From NCBI GenBank assembly GCA_002269645.1, contig NIVC01001383.1, positions 116,606-180,605 of the forward strand: DNA of 64,000 bases. The letters run 5' to 3'. This stretch comes from Macrostomum lignano. Taxonomy: Eukaryota. Made by a program: the position numbers and the translations under genes. Under the pieces are notes generated by a model that was not told the DNA's origin, did not search any database, and worked only from the letters and a program-made list of their open reading frames with translations. Below are positions 49,671 through 63,149 of this stretch, piece after piece; position 1 is the first letter of the stretch; each line of letters begins with the position of its first letter.

Positions 49671-50534
49671 CAAATACCGTTTCACAGTCGAGCCACCGTC
49701 GTCCACAGGAGAATCCCAAGCCAGCCCAATAGATCCCGGCTCCTGGCTAATCGAAGAGCCACCGCCTCCGCGGCCTCCACCGCCACGGCGTTTGCCACCG
49801 CCGGTTTTCTCAACCGTAGAAATCTTTTGCAGGCCAACAGGCGGGCCGGGCGGGTCGGCCGGAGTGCAGAACGCGGCCACAGGCGACCATTTAGACGCGG
49901 CGCCGTCGCTGCCCCTGGCCTGCAGCCGGAATCGGTACTCGGTGGCTCTGCGAAGATTGGCAACCCGATGCCTGTCCGAGTTGCCGCTGTAAACGGCGAG
50001 GAAGCCCAGTCCGGAGGCCGGATCCTCGCACTGCAGCTCGAATTCCTGATCCGCGGGCCGGCGGGACCAGGCCAAGAGAATCGACCGGGAGGAGCGCTCG
50101 ACAGCGTACGGCGGCTCCGGTTGGGTTGGCGCCGAGCCGGCGGTTGCCATGGCAACAATCTGCGAATAGTCGCCAAGCCCGAGAGAGCTGAAGGCGGCTA
50201 CGCGGATTAAATATTTTCGGCTGGGGGATAATTTATTGATTTTAAATTGACGCTGACTGCCACGATATCGTTCGGTGAATTTCTCGGATCCGGACGGAGC
50301 TGATGAAGCCGCATCAGCGTCCGGTTCGCAATCGGCTTCGGAAGCGGCGGCAGCTTCCGCTAATTCTAACGCGTAGCCAGTCGGCTTGATGCCGCGATTC
50401 TCTGACGCACCCCATTTGACGGTGAGCGAATTACGGCTGCGAGCCACCAGGACCGGGGCGCCTGGCGGCCCGGGCGGCAGGCAGCGGGTGCGGAAGGCCA
50501 CCGACTCGGTGAACCGGCCGGCCAAGGCGTCCAG
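49671..50534 (-). CDS. FNDC3: FNDC3-like exon (FN3 #1 end, #2, #3, start of #4)
   Basis: Acceptor gccccgcag|, donor TTG|GTGAGT, 864 nt, phase 0/0. LSPSRKYLIRVAAFSSLGLGDYS and LRRATEYRFRLQA. Confidence 0.93.
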
Positions 50535-51199
50535 CTGCGGGGCCGGAGCGGGCGCAGTAGGAAGGATTTGGGGCTAGGGTTTTCTAAGAAATGGTGGGAA
50601 TAGCGAAATACAGTATAGTGACGGAATTGAGAGAGGTTAGCATTGAGAGGCCCATCAATATAAGTAGTGTGGCTCAATATTTGTAGTGTCGCTCAATATT
50701 TGTTATTAAAAAAGGCCTGGCAATAGGGGATTTCAAAGGAGAATTTATTTGAGAGAAAATCCCCGAGATTCTATAAGGAAACATTTGACGAACGGTTTTA
50801 AAAGAATCGAGAAGACGATTCTAAGAGGAAGGTTGAGAATAGGCCATTTGAAAAAATGGATTTAAAGCTTTGATTTCTTAATCCCTGCGATGAAAGGTTG
50901 CAAAGCGAGCGAGAGGCCTGAGAAATGAATAGGGGAGGAGGAGAGAGTTGAGAGAGACCAAACAGGTATCGCATCGCAAGCAATAAAACAGATGCCGCTG
51001 TAGAGTTTCGCTTCAAATTTGAAACACAATTGCATTTTTTTTCAAAAAATCAAATTAAAAAGCAGCTCTTTTGATAGGTAAGCTGCTATTCTCTTACTAG
51101 CAATTCAATTTCTGCTTTCCCAAATGCTGATGAATAGGCAGTTTTAACTGATTGGAATTCATGCCATTCACGTGATCGTGACTGACGCTGTCTACTGAG

Positions 51200-51680
51200 C
51201 GAAGCCAGCTGTTTACAGTTAATGCTAGATCATATAACAGACTTCTACGATCGTTGGCCGGCAGTCCAGCGAAATGTCGCGACTTTCTTAGTCATTTCTT
51301 TAGTTCATCTGCACTCGCATCTGTTTGCTGATTTCTCCCTCTCTGTCTAGTAGTTCAATATTTTTATTCTTATCTCTCTCTCCCCTTGCTGTCTTCTGAT
51401 TGGCCTCGGTCTCGCACTCCACCCCTCCTTCGCCCCACTTGCTACTGCCAGCTGTTTACAGCAAAGGCTAGATATAACAGACTTTTACGACCGTTGGCCA
51501 GCAGTCCAGTGAGGTGTCGCGACTTTCTTTAGTCATTTATTCAGTTCATCTGCACTCGTCTTTGTTTACTGATTTCTCCCTCTCTGTCTAGTAGTTCAAT
51601 ATTGTTATTCTTATCTCTCTCCCCTCGCTGTCTTCTGATTGGCTCTTAAATCGCCCTTGGTCTCGCACTCCACCCCTCAT
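51200..51680. repeat. Diverged tandem duplication of about 244 bp (2 copies)
   Basis: gccagctgtttacag...ggtctcgcactccacccctc occurs at about 51203 and about 51447. Confidence 0.9.
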
Positions 51681-52203
51681 TTTCTTATCTGCACTCAACC
51701 ACCCCACAGTTAATGACTTATAACTCAAATTTAAATAGTTAATTAACGTATTACTCGTATTTTCTTTACAGGAGGCAAGCAGTCATGCCCGTTCCGCTGA
51801 TACGTGCGCAGGAACACGCTTACACATAGTCAGCTTGGCTTTTCATTAATAACCTAATTACGAGTAACACCCTGTCCATAAGCGACATTCTATAGCTTAA
51901 ATATATAATTTGTAGGATTTTTAATTTCATTAGTTCAAGAGTTATTTTACATTGTTTAGAACTATTTAATGATAGTTCAGGGTCTTCAAAAATGTTTGGA
52001 TGCATTTTAGGGCGTTTAAGAGTGTTAAAAGGTATTTTAGGATGCTAAAAAGTGTTTATAAACTTTCTAATGTTACTTAAGGTGTTTAAAGCTGATTAAC
52101 AGTTTTAAGAGTGTTTTTTAGTATCCCTTATCGAGGAGACAAATATGAAGCATATCGCAGACCCCTAAAGCAAGATATTCAGCAATTATCAAGGCATGCT
52201 CAC

Positions 52204-52616
52204 ATTGGCCTTGGCCTTGACAAAATACTCCGTATTTGGCTTCAAATCTTGTAGAGAAATCTCCTCGGCCGGACCTTTAAACACGCAATTATAGAAGCCT
52301 TTGCTGCCGGTCTCCGACAGCTGCAGTTCAAACGACAGCATGGGAAACAGGGAGTCGGGCACCCGCTCGGGCGGATACAGGTGCACCAGACAGCTGTTTA
52401 ACTCCGAGTCTGTCACAGTCGGCTGCGGCATCTCCGATAGGATGTCTGCCAGCTCCTCGGCAGTGATGCCTAGTTCGATGAGAGCCGCATCTAACGATCG
52501 CGGAGCGGCGGTGGCGGCATCAGTTGTCCTCAGAGCCGGACCGTCCAAGTTGTCGCTATTAGCTGGAGAAGCTGCCAAAGTGCCATTCTCGCCGGCTAAG
52601 CCGCCGTTGACGGAGC
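52204..52616 (-). CDS. FNDC3: FNDC3-like exon (linker plus most of FN3 #1); the first FNDC3 exon in the window, with upstream exons presumably beyond 64000
   Basis: Candidate acceptor gcacacag| (phase 1), donor AAT|GTGAGC. FKGPAEEISLQDLKPNTEYFVKAKAN splices to LDALAGRFTESVAFRT, matching the length of the FNDC3A segment DLRPATDYHVRV...SEPVSFTT. Confidence 0.85.
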
Positions 52617-55600
52617 CTGTGTGCAATGTTGTTAATAGAGTTCGAATTGTGCGGCCGTAAGATTAATCTCTTCTCTCTATCTATCTATCTATATCTTAAT
52701 ACTAAAAGTGGTGCGATGTTTGTTTGTGTGTTGCAATTTTTCTCCTAAACTACTGGCAAGTCAGCGTTGAAACTTATATGGGAAAACTGCAAATTTTCCG
52801 GATTGGGTTTATAGCTATTTTAATCTTTCATTTTTACATTTCTTCTTTCTTCTTAATACTAAAGTTGGTGCGTTGTTTGTCTGTGTGTGTGTGTGTTTGT
52901 TGGATAACTCCTCCTAGAATACTTGCAAGTCAGCGTTGAAACTTATATGGGAAAACTGCAAATTTTCCGAGGATGGCTTTAGGCTATTTTAATCTTTCAT
53001 TTTCAATTTTTAAGATCCCTAAAAAAGCAGAAAATGGCGGTCTTGACCTTTGATAATCTTAATTGTCCCCTCTTTCTGCTTGGAGCTGAAAATTTGTATC
53101 AATTTTAGTGATTGCGCCATAAAATTTTTCTATCTTGGCAGTGTATTTTCTCTCAAGTGGGGGATGGTCGCGTTCTCAGTGGCTGCGTGTGTACACTTGA
53201 ACCCTGGCTCACTGACTGACTTTATAGACAATTGCGCAACTATTTGTGTTCTGTTTTTTAACAGGAAGCCCTGTGTATTTTTTGCACAGTGAAATTCAGT
53301 GCATTTTAATGCATAAACTTGCGAGCATCTTTAGCAGGCAGTGAACGTACACTCGATATTTCAATGCTTAAAATCAGAAAGTTTCAAACACTAACTGTTG
53401 CTCGAGTTTTGAACTTAGAGAGGAGAGACTTATATTGCTGGAAAGATCTTGCTGCGATGAGTTCGGGGATATAAGTTTTTTGCTTTAAATATGAAAATTA
53501 AATTCACAGCATTCAAGAAAAGATTTTCATACTTTAAGCTTTCTGCAAAGATTGTGCTCATTTTGGAGTTCAATGGGGGTTCGACCGACCCCCAATAGTT
53601 GGTGGGGGGGTTCAATTTCTAGCTGCACTGCGTATTGGAAGGGGGTCGGTTGCTGTGTATTTGAGGGTTGATTTAGATTGCGCAATCTTTTTGTTAACTT
53701 TAACTGAGGCTGATACTGACTGCCTGAGAAATAAGTTGCGCAATTTAATTGGTTCAATGTTTTTACGGCGCCTTTCAACACGCAGCTGTCAACCCTAACC
53801 CTAACCCTAACCAATGAATTCTGAGAGCTGGGCTATTTGACGTAGAAATTTCGATTTAGTCCAGTTTCACGGAGAGGATTTCTATTTCGCGGAGAATATT
53901 TTAATACTAAAGTTGGTGCGTTGTTTGTTTGTTTGTTTGTCTGTTTGTTTGTAGGATATCTCCTCCTAGACTACGTGCAACTCAGCGTTGAAACTTATAT
54001 GGGAATACTGCAAATTTTCCGGAATCGGCTTTAGGCTGTTTTAATCTTTCATTTTTTAATTTTAAGATCCCTAAAAAAGCAGAAATCTGATTTCCTAACC
54101 TTCTCTGGACACTTTTTCTGCTCGGAGCTGAAAATTTGCATAAATTTTGAGTGATTACGCCACAACTTTTTCCTATGTCGCCAGTGCATTTTCTCTCCTG
54201 TGGGGGAATGGGCGCGTTCTCATTGGCGGCGTGTGTACAATTGGACCCTGGCTCACTGGCTGACTTTATAGACAATTGCGCAACTATTTGTGTTCTGTTT
54301 TTTAACAGGAAGCCCTGTGTATTTTTTGCACAGTGAAATTCAGTGCATTTTAATGCATAAACTCGCGAGCATCTTTAGCAGGCAGTGAAGGTACACTCGA
54401 TATTTCAATGCTTAAAATCAGAAAGTTTCAAACACTAACTGTTGCTCGAGTTTTGAACTTAGAGAGGAGAGACTTATATTGCTGGAAAGATCTTGCTGCG
54501 ATGAGTTCGGGGATATAAGTTTTTTGCTTTAAATATGAAAATTAAATTCACAGCATTCAAGAAAAGATTTTCATACTTTAAGCTTTCTGCAAAGATTGTG
54601 CTCATTTTGGAGTTCAATGGGGGTTCGACCGACCCCCCAATAGTTGGTGGGGGGGGGGTTCAATTTCTAGCTGCACTGCGTATTGGAAGGGGGGTCGGTT
54701 GCTGTGTATTTGAGGGTTGATTTAGATTGCGCAATCTTTTTGTTAACTTTAACTGAGGCTGATACTGACTGCCTGAGAAATAAGTTGCGCAATTTAATTG
54801 GTTCAATGTTTTTACGGCGCCTTTCAACACGCAGCTGTGTGTAGCTCTAACCCTAACCCTAACCAATGAATTCTGAGAGCTGGGCTGTTTGACGTAGAAA
54901 TTTCGATTTAGTCCAGTTTCACGGAGAGGATTTCTATTTCGCGGAGAATATTTCGATGGTGTTCAGTTTCACGGAGAGGATTTCGATAGTGTTCAGTTTC
55001 ACGGAGACGATTTCTGTTGCGCGGAGAGGTGTTGGAAAATGGGATTCCGCTGATGGAGTTCAGGGAATGGAATTCCGCTGATTGGAGTTCTTCCCCTTTC
55101 TTCTCCGAAGGAGGAGTTGGCCTCGTTCTTAATACTAAAAGTGGTGCGATGTTTGTTTGTGTGTTGCAATTTTTCTCCTAGACTACTGGCAAGTCAGCGT
55201 TGAAACTTATATGGGAAAACTGCAAATTTTCCGGATTGGGTTTATAGCTATTTTACTCTTTCATTTTTACATTTTAAGATCCCTAAAAAAGCAGAAAACT
55301 GTTTTTTTAACCCTCAATAACCTTCTTTGGCCACTCTGCCTGGGGCTGCAGCCAGTTTGTAAAAATAGCCACCCCAACCTCCGCCCGCGGGTCGCTGTGT
55401 TTTTGGGGGGGGGGTGAGTGCGCGTGTTCCGCGTTCAATGCAAACCCCCCCCCCGCGTGTTAGGGGTTCAATTAAATTTAACGATTCCCCCGGAATGGGG
55501 GGTTGGGCTTGGGCTGAGTGTACATAGAAGTTGTACAGTGTAAGGAGATAGCTAGGACTGTGTCGAGATTTAATTGGTTTTATTATCGGCGCCATTCAAT

Positions 55601-58600
55601 AGGCAGCCATGTGTATTTGCTGGGCAGTAAAATTCATTGAATAAACTTGCGAGCCTCTTTAGCAGGCAGTGAACGTACACTCGATACTTCAATGCTTTAA
55701 ATCAGGAAATTTCAAACGCTAACTGTTCCTCAAGTTTTACACTTTCAGAGGAGAGACTTACATTGCTGGAAAGATCTTGCAACGCTGAGTTCGGGGATAT
55801 AAGTTGTTTGCTTTAAATGTGAAAACAAAAAGCACAGCATTTAAAAAACGATTTCCATACTTTTAACTTTCTGCAGTGTTACTCATTTTGGAGTTCAATG
55901 GGGGTTCGACCAACCCCCGAACAGTTGGTGGGAGGGGAGGGGCGGTTCAACTTTTAATTGCCACTGCGGAAGGGGGTCAGTCGCTGTGTATTGAAGGGTT
56001 GATTTAGTTTGCGCAATCTTTTTGTTAACTTTTACCGAGACTGATACTGACTGACTGTGAAATCGGTTGCGCATTCAATGAATTTAATTGGTTCAATTTT
56101 TTATCGGCGCCTTTCAACACGCTGCTGCGTTGTAGCTCTAACCCTAACCCTAACCCTAACCACTAAATCCTGAGAGTTGATTCTTTTTGACGGAGAAAAT
56201 TTCGATTCAGTCCAGTTTTAAGGAGAGAATTTCTGTTTCGCGGAGACGATTTTGATGGATGTCAGTTTCACGCAGAGGATTTCCATGAAGTCCAGTTTAA
56301 CGGAGAGGATTTCTGTTTCTCGGAGAGGATATTGATGAATGTCAGTTTCACGGAGAGGTTTTTGATGGAGTTATCTTTTACGGAGAGGATTTCGATGATG
56401 TTCAGTTTCGCGGAGAGGAGTTGGATGATGGGATTCAGGGAATGGCATTTCAGGGAATGGAGTTCCGGTGATGGGAATTCTTCCCCTTTCTCCTCCAGAG
56501 GAGGAGTTGGCCTCGTCTTAATACTAAAAGTGGTGCGTTGTTTGTTTGTGTGTTGCAATTTTTCTCCTAGACTACTGGCAAGTCAGCGTTGAAACTTATA
56601 TGGGAAAACTGCAAATTTTCCGGATTGGGTTTATAGCAATTTTAATCTTTCATTTTTACATTTTAAGATCCCTAGAAAAGCAGAAAACTGTTTTTTTAAC
56701 CCTCAATAACCTTCTTTGGCCACTCTGCCTGGGGCTGCAGCCAGTTTGTAAAAATAGCCACCCCAACCTCCGCCCGCGGGCCGCTGTGTATTGAGGGGTG
56801 GTGGGTGCGCGTGTTCCGCGTTCAATGCAAATAACCCCCCGCGTGTTGGGGGGTTCAATTAAATTTAACGATTCCCCCGGAATGGGAGGGGGTTGGGCTT
56901 GGGCTGAGTGTACATAGCAGTTGTACAGTGTAAGGAGATAGCTAGGACTGTGTCGAGATTTAATTGGTTTTATTATCGGCGGCATTCAATAGGCAGCCAT
57001 GTGTATTTGCTGGGCAGTAAAATTTAATGTATAAACTTGCGAGCCTCTTTAGCAGGCTGTGAACGTACACTCGATACTTTAATGCTTTAAATCAGGAAAT
57101 TTCAAGCGCTAACTGTTCCTCGAGTTTTAAACTTTCAGAAGAGAGACTTATATTACTGGAAAGATCTTGCAATACTGAGTTCGGGGATATAAGTTGTTTG
57201 CTTTAAATGTGAAAACAAAAAGCACAGCATTTAAAAAACGATTTCCATACTTTTAACTTTCGGCAGTGTACTCATTTTGGAGTTCAATGGGGGTTCGACC
57301 AACCCCCAAAAGTTGGTGGGAGGGGGGGTTCAACTTTTAATTGCCACTGCGTATTGGAAGGGGGTCAGTCGCTGTGTATTGGAGGGTTGATTTAGTTTGC
57401 GCAATCTTTTTGTTAACTTTTACCGAGACTGATACTGACTGACTGTGAAATCGGTTGCGCATTCAATTAATTCAATTGGTTCAACACGCTGCTGCGTTGT
57501 AGCTCTAACCCTAACCCTAACCCTAACCCTAACCACTAAATCCTGAGAGTTGATTCTTTTTTACGGAGAAAATTTCGATTCAGTCCAGTTTAATGGAGAG
57601 AATTTCTGTTTCGCGGAGACGATTTTGATGGATGTCAGTTTCACGGAGAGGATTTCCATGGAGTCCAGTTTCACGGAGAGGATTTCTGTTTCTCGGAGGG
57701 GATTTTGATGAATGTCAGTTTCACGGAGAGGATTTCCATGGAGTCCAGTTTCACGGAGAGGATTTCTGTTTCTCGGAGGGGATTTTGATGAATGTCAGTT
57801 TCACGGAGAGGATTTCCATGGAGTCCAGTTTCACGGAGAGGATTTCTATTTCTCGGAGGGGATTTTGATGAATGTCAGTTTCACGGAGAGGTGTTTGATG
57901 GAGTTCTCTTTTACGGAGAAGATTTCGATGATGTTCAGTTTCGCGGAGAGAAGTTGGATGATGGGATTCAGGGAATGGCATTTCAGGGAATGGAGTACCG
58001 GTGATGGGAATTCTTCCCCTTTCTCCTCCAGAGGAGGAGTTGGCCTCGTCTCTCTACATATACTAAAGTTCACGTGTTGTTTGTCTGTCTGTCTGTCATT
58101 TCGACAACTCCTCCTTGAATAGTGGCAACTCAGCGTTGAAACTTATATGGGAAGATTGGAAATTATCCGAGGTCGGCTATAGGCTATTTTAATTCTGAAA
58201 TTTTCTACATATACTAAAGTTCACGTGTTGTTTGTCTGTCTGTCTGTCATTTCGACAACTCCTCCTTGAATAGTGGCAACTCAGCGTTGAAACTTATATG
58301 GGAAGATTTGAAATTATCCGAGGTCGGCTATAGGCTATTTTAATTCTGAAATTTTCTACATATACTAAAGTTCACGTGTTGTTTGTCTGTCTGTCTGTCA
58401 TTTCGACAACTCCTCCTTGAATAGTGGCAACTCAGCGTTGAAACTTATATGGGAAGATTGGAAATTATCCGAGGTCGGCTATAGGCTATTTTAATTCTGA
58501 AATTTTAATTTCTAAAATCCTCAAAAAAGCAGAAAACTGCTTTTTTGACCCCCAATGACCTTCTTTTGCCACTCTGCCTGGGGCTTCAGCCAGTTTGTAA

Positions 58601-60004
58601 AAATAGCCACCCCAACCTCCGCCCGCGGGCCGCTGTGTATTGAGGGGTGGTGGGTGCGCGTGTTCTGCGTTCAATGCAAATAAAACCCCCCGCGAGTTGA
58701 GGGGTTGAGTTAAATTTAATGATTCCCCCGGAACGGGGGGGTTGGGCTTGGACTGAGTGTACATAGCTGTTGTAAACAGATAGAACTGTGCCGAGATTCA
58801 ATTGGTTTTATTATCGGCCCTGTGTATTAGCTGGGCAGTGAAATTCAATGAATAAACTTGCGAGCTTCTCTAGCAAGCAGTCGGGAAACCGGTAAATTTT
58901 AAACGCTAACTGTTCCTCGAGTTTTAAACTTTGAGAGGAGAAACTTATATTGCTGGAAAGATCTTGCAACGCTGAGTTCGGGGATATAAGTTGTTTGCTT
59001 TAAATATGAAAAGAGAAAGCACAGCATTTGAAAAAGTATTTCCATACTTTTAACTTTCTGCAAAAATTGTACTCAGTTTTGCGAGACGTAATAGATAAAG
59101 TTGGGGGAGGGTTTAACTTCTCACTGCTGCTGTGTATTGGAGGGTTGATTTAGATTGCGCAATGTTTTTGTTAACTTTAACTGAGACTGATACTGACTGA
59201 CTGTGAAATCGGTTGCGCCATCAATTTGTTTTATTATCTGTGCCTTTCAATAGGCTGCCCTGTGTAATAGCCGGCGTGTGTAATTAATGAATAAACTTGC
59301 GAGCCTCTTTGGCAGGCAGTGAACGTACACTCGATATTTCAATGCTTTAAAACGGGAACTTTCAAATGCTAACTGCTCTTCGAGTTCTAAACTTTAAGAG
59401 AAGAGACTTATACTGCTGAAAAGATCTTGCAACGCTGAGTTCAAGGATATAAATTGTTTGCTTTAAATATAAAGACTAAAAGCACAGCATAAAAAAACTA
59501 TTTCCATACTTTTAGCTTTCTGCAAAGATTGTACTCATTTTTAGTTCAATGCCCCCAACAGTTGGGGGTTCAATTTCTAATTGCCACTGCGTATTGAAAA
59601 GGGGTCGGTCTCTGTGTACTGGAGGGTTGATTTAAATTGCGCAATCTTTTTGTTAACTTTAACTGAGACTGATACTGACTGACTGAGAAATCTGTTGCGC
59701 AATCAATTGATTCAATTGTTTCAATTTTTTTTATTTGGACACGCAGCTGTGTGTAGCTCTAACCCTAACCCTAACCCTAACAATAACCCTAACCAGTGAA
59801 TCATGATATTTTATTCTTTTTGACGGAGAAAATTTCGATTGAGTCCAGTTTTAAAGAGAGAATTTCGATGGTTATCAGTTTCACGGACAGGATTTCTGTT
59901 TCGCTGAGAGGATTTCGATGGTTTTCAGTTTTACGGAGAGGATTTCGATGGTTTTCAGTTGCACAGACTGCTTCGCGGAGAGGATCTTGATGGATTTGGC
60001 ATCT

Positions 60005-60790
60005 TCAATCAGTCAGAGAAGAGAGTAAAGAGAAGAATGAAAAGAGAAGAGAGATGAGATGATAGAAAACAGAGTAGAAATGAATGGAGAGATTAGACAT
60101 GACAGATGGGAGACTTAGCTGCAGGGCTGTCCCGGGGGGACACAGCGGGAAGGCGCGAACACCCATTCCGCTAAACAGATGGGAGAGAAGAGGGGAGTAA
60201 GGCCGGAACAAAGGAGGGAGAAGAGAAGAGGAGAGAGGAGATGAGAGGGGAGAAATGAGATAACAGAGGGAGACAAGTTAAGAGAGGAAAGTAGTGCGGA
60301 GAGGAGAGATGAGAGATGCGATGAGAAGAGAGGAGTGAGAAATAAGAGAGAAGAGATTAGAGATTAGAAAAGAGAGGGAAGAAGATGAAAGGAGCAAGGA
60401 GAGGAGAAAAGAGAGAATGGAAAGGATAGAAAAGAGAGAAGAGAAGAGAAAGGGGATAGTGGAAAGGAGGAACGAAAGATAGGAGATAAGAAAGTAGAGG
60501 GTGAGAGCGTATATGAGATATGAGAAATGAGAGCAGAGAGGAGAGAAAAGAGAAGTGAGAGAGGTTTAAGGAGAGACGATAGATAAGTGAGTAGAGATGA
60601 CATATGAGAGAGGAGAGAAGAGGGAGAGATATGAGGGAAGAGAGGAGACAAGAGACAGGAGAGGGTACAGACGAAAGACGAGGGAGAAGAGACAAATAAG
60701 GAGTGGGGGTAGAGATGAGATGAGAGAGAGGAGAGAGAAGAGAGTCACGATAATAGCGAATAGAAGAGAGAGGAGATATGAGAGACGTGA
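60005..60790. repeat. GA-rich low-complexity tract inside Helitron-like unit 5
   Basis: Purine-only runs interrupt the unit between its internal repeats and its 3' tail. Confidence 0.9.
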
Positions 60791-61420
60791 GAGTCTTTGA
60801 GCTATGGTCTTTCAAAGATTTTGTAAAGAATTTGGAGACGATTTGGAAGATGGGATTCAAGTGGAGTTTCAGCTGATGGATTTCAGGGAATGGAATTCCG
60901 GTGATGGGAGTTCTTCCCCTTTCTCCTCCGAAGGAGGAGTTCCACTCGTATATACTAAAAATGAGTTGTCTGTATGTGGGTAGGTATGCGATAGATTTCA
61001 GAAAAAATGGCTCAACCAATTTTCTTTAAACTTGCACCATTTGATCAGAAATTTTCCTGGGACGGTACATGCATCTTGGCTAAGAAATTGCTCAATTTTA
61101 AAGGGATTAAATATTCGAAAAACATGCTTTTTTGCAAAGGTCAAGCAGCTCTTTTGACCTGAAATGCATTGTAAGAATGCTAGAGAAAAAACTGACTGAC
61201 TGAATTCCGATTGTGATAAAGATTGCATCACAACAAGTTGAAAACAGTGCCGAAGAAATGCACACACGACTTGATTAAAATTGCGTAACCAATATTGCTA
61301 ACTTGAACTGAGACTGATACTGGCTGACTGAGAAATTGATTATGTCATAACTTTTTACCCCAATTGACTTGCTGTAAGAATTTAATTATAAGGGCCACAA
61401 TTCATGTACTCCAATTGAAA

Positions 61421-61502
61421 AGAGATAGCCTAGATCCGAACAGACTGGACTGCCAACGTAGCGACCTGGGTTCGAATCTTAGTAGTGCAAAATAATTTTT
61501 TT
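61421..61502 (+). pseudogene. tRNA-like relic (Gly-GCC-like) or SINE head inside Helitron-like unit 6
   Basis: A-box-like TAGCCTAG (61426), loop CTGCCAA, B-box GGTTCGAATC (61469-61478), 3' end gtgca and a T-run. The stems are degenerate, so this is not an intact tRNA. Confidence 0.45.
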
Positions 61503-61539
61503 ATAAAACACCTTGAAAACACGAAACTGCTAAACATAA

Positions 61540-63145
61540 AAAAGCACAATGTCAAACATAAAAGAGGCACCATGTCAAACATTACATGGGCACCATGTAA
61601 AACAAATACGTGACTCTATGTCAAACATTAAAGAGCCACCATGTGAAACATTAAAGAGTCACCATTTCGAACATTAAAAAGCCACCACGTCGAACATTAA
61701 AGTGCCACCATGTCAAACGTAAAAGAGCCACCATGAAGAACATTAAAGAGCCACCATGCCAAACATAAAAGAGCCACTATGTCGAACATTAAAGAGCTAG
61801 CATGTCAAACATTAAAGAGCCACCATGTCGAACATTAAAGAGCCACCATTTCGAACATAAAAGAGCCGCCATGTAAAACATTAAAGAGCCACATTGTCAA
61901 ACATAAAAGAGCCACCATGTAAGACATTTAAGAGCCATCATGTGAAACATTTAAGAGCCACCATGTCGAACATAAAAGAGCTACCATGTCAAACCTAAAA
62001 GAGCCACCATGTCAAACCTAAAAGAGCCACCATGTCGAACATAAAAGAGCTACCATGTCAAACCTAAAAGAGCCACCATGTCGAACATAAACGAACCTTT
62101 ATGTCGTACATTAAAGAGCCACCATGTCAAACATTAAAGAGCCACCATGTCAAACATAAAAGAGCCACAATGTCAAACATAGAAGAGCCACAATGTCAGA
62201 TATTAAAAAGCCACCGTATCAAACATAAAAGAGTTACCATGTAGAACAAAAAAGAGCCACCATGTCAAACATTAAAGAGCCACCATGTCGAACATTAAAG
62301 AGCCACCATGTCAAGCATAAAAGAGCCACCATGTCAAACATTAAAGAGCCATGTCAAACACTAAAGAGCCAACATGTCGAACATAAAAGAGCCACCATGT
62401 CAAACATTAAAGAGCCACCATGTCAGACATTAAAGAGCCACCATGTCAAACATTAAAGAGCCACCATATCGAACACTAAAGAGCCACCATGTCAAACATA
62501 TGTGACTCCATGTCGAATATATACGTGCCTCCATGTCACACATAAAAGGGCCACCATGTAAAACATATACATATGACTACATAACAAACATTAAACAGCC
62601 CACCATGTCGAACATTAAAGAGCCATCATGTCAAACATAAAAGAGCCACCATGTCAAACATTAAAGAGCCACCATGTCAGACATTAAAGAGCCACTATGT
62701 CAAACATAAAAGAGCCACCATGTCAAACATTAAAGAGCCACCATATCGAACACTAAAGAGCCACCATGTCAAACATATGTGACTCCATGTCAAATATATA
62801 CGTGACTCCATGTCACACATAAAAGAGCCACCATGTAAAACATATACATATGACTACATAACAAACATTAAACAGCCACCATGTCGAACATTAAAGAGCC
62901 ATCATGTCAAACATAAAAGAGCCACCATGTCAAACATTAAAGAGCCACCATGTCAAACATTAAAGAGCCACATGTCGAACATAAAAGAGCCACTTTGTCA
63001 AACATCTACGAGTCACCATGTCAAGCGTATACATGACTCCATTTCAGACATTAAAGTGCCACCATGTCAAACATAAAAGAGCCACCAGCTCAAACATTAA
63101 AGAGCCACCATGTCAGACACAAAACAGCTACCATGTCAAACATAA
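61540..63145. repeat. 23-bp minisatellite (CATGTCAAACATTAAAGAGCCAC), about 65 diverged copies, inside unit 6
   Basis: Direct periodicity with internal block duplication. Confidence 0.95.
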
Positions 63146-63149
63146 ATGG

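Noticed and set aside
53791-59794. True telomere or chromosome end
   Set aside because: Only 3-5 repeats per site, embedded in element bodies inside an intron.
61421-61502. Functional tRNA-Gly gene
   Set aside because: The acceptor, D and anticodon stems do not pair properly; kept only as a relic.
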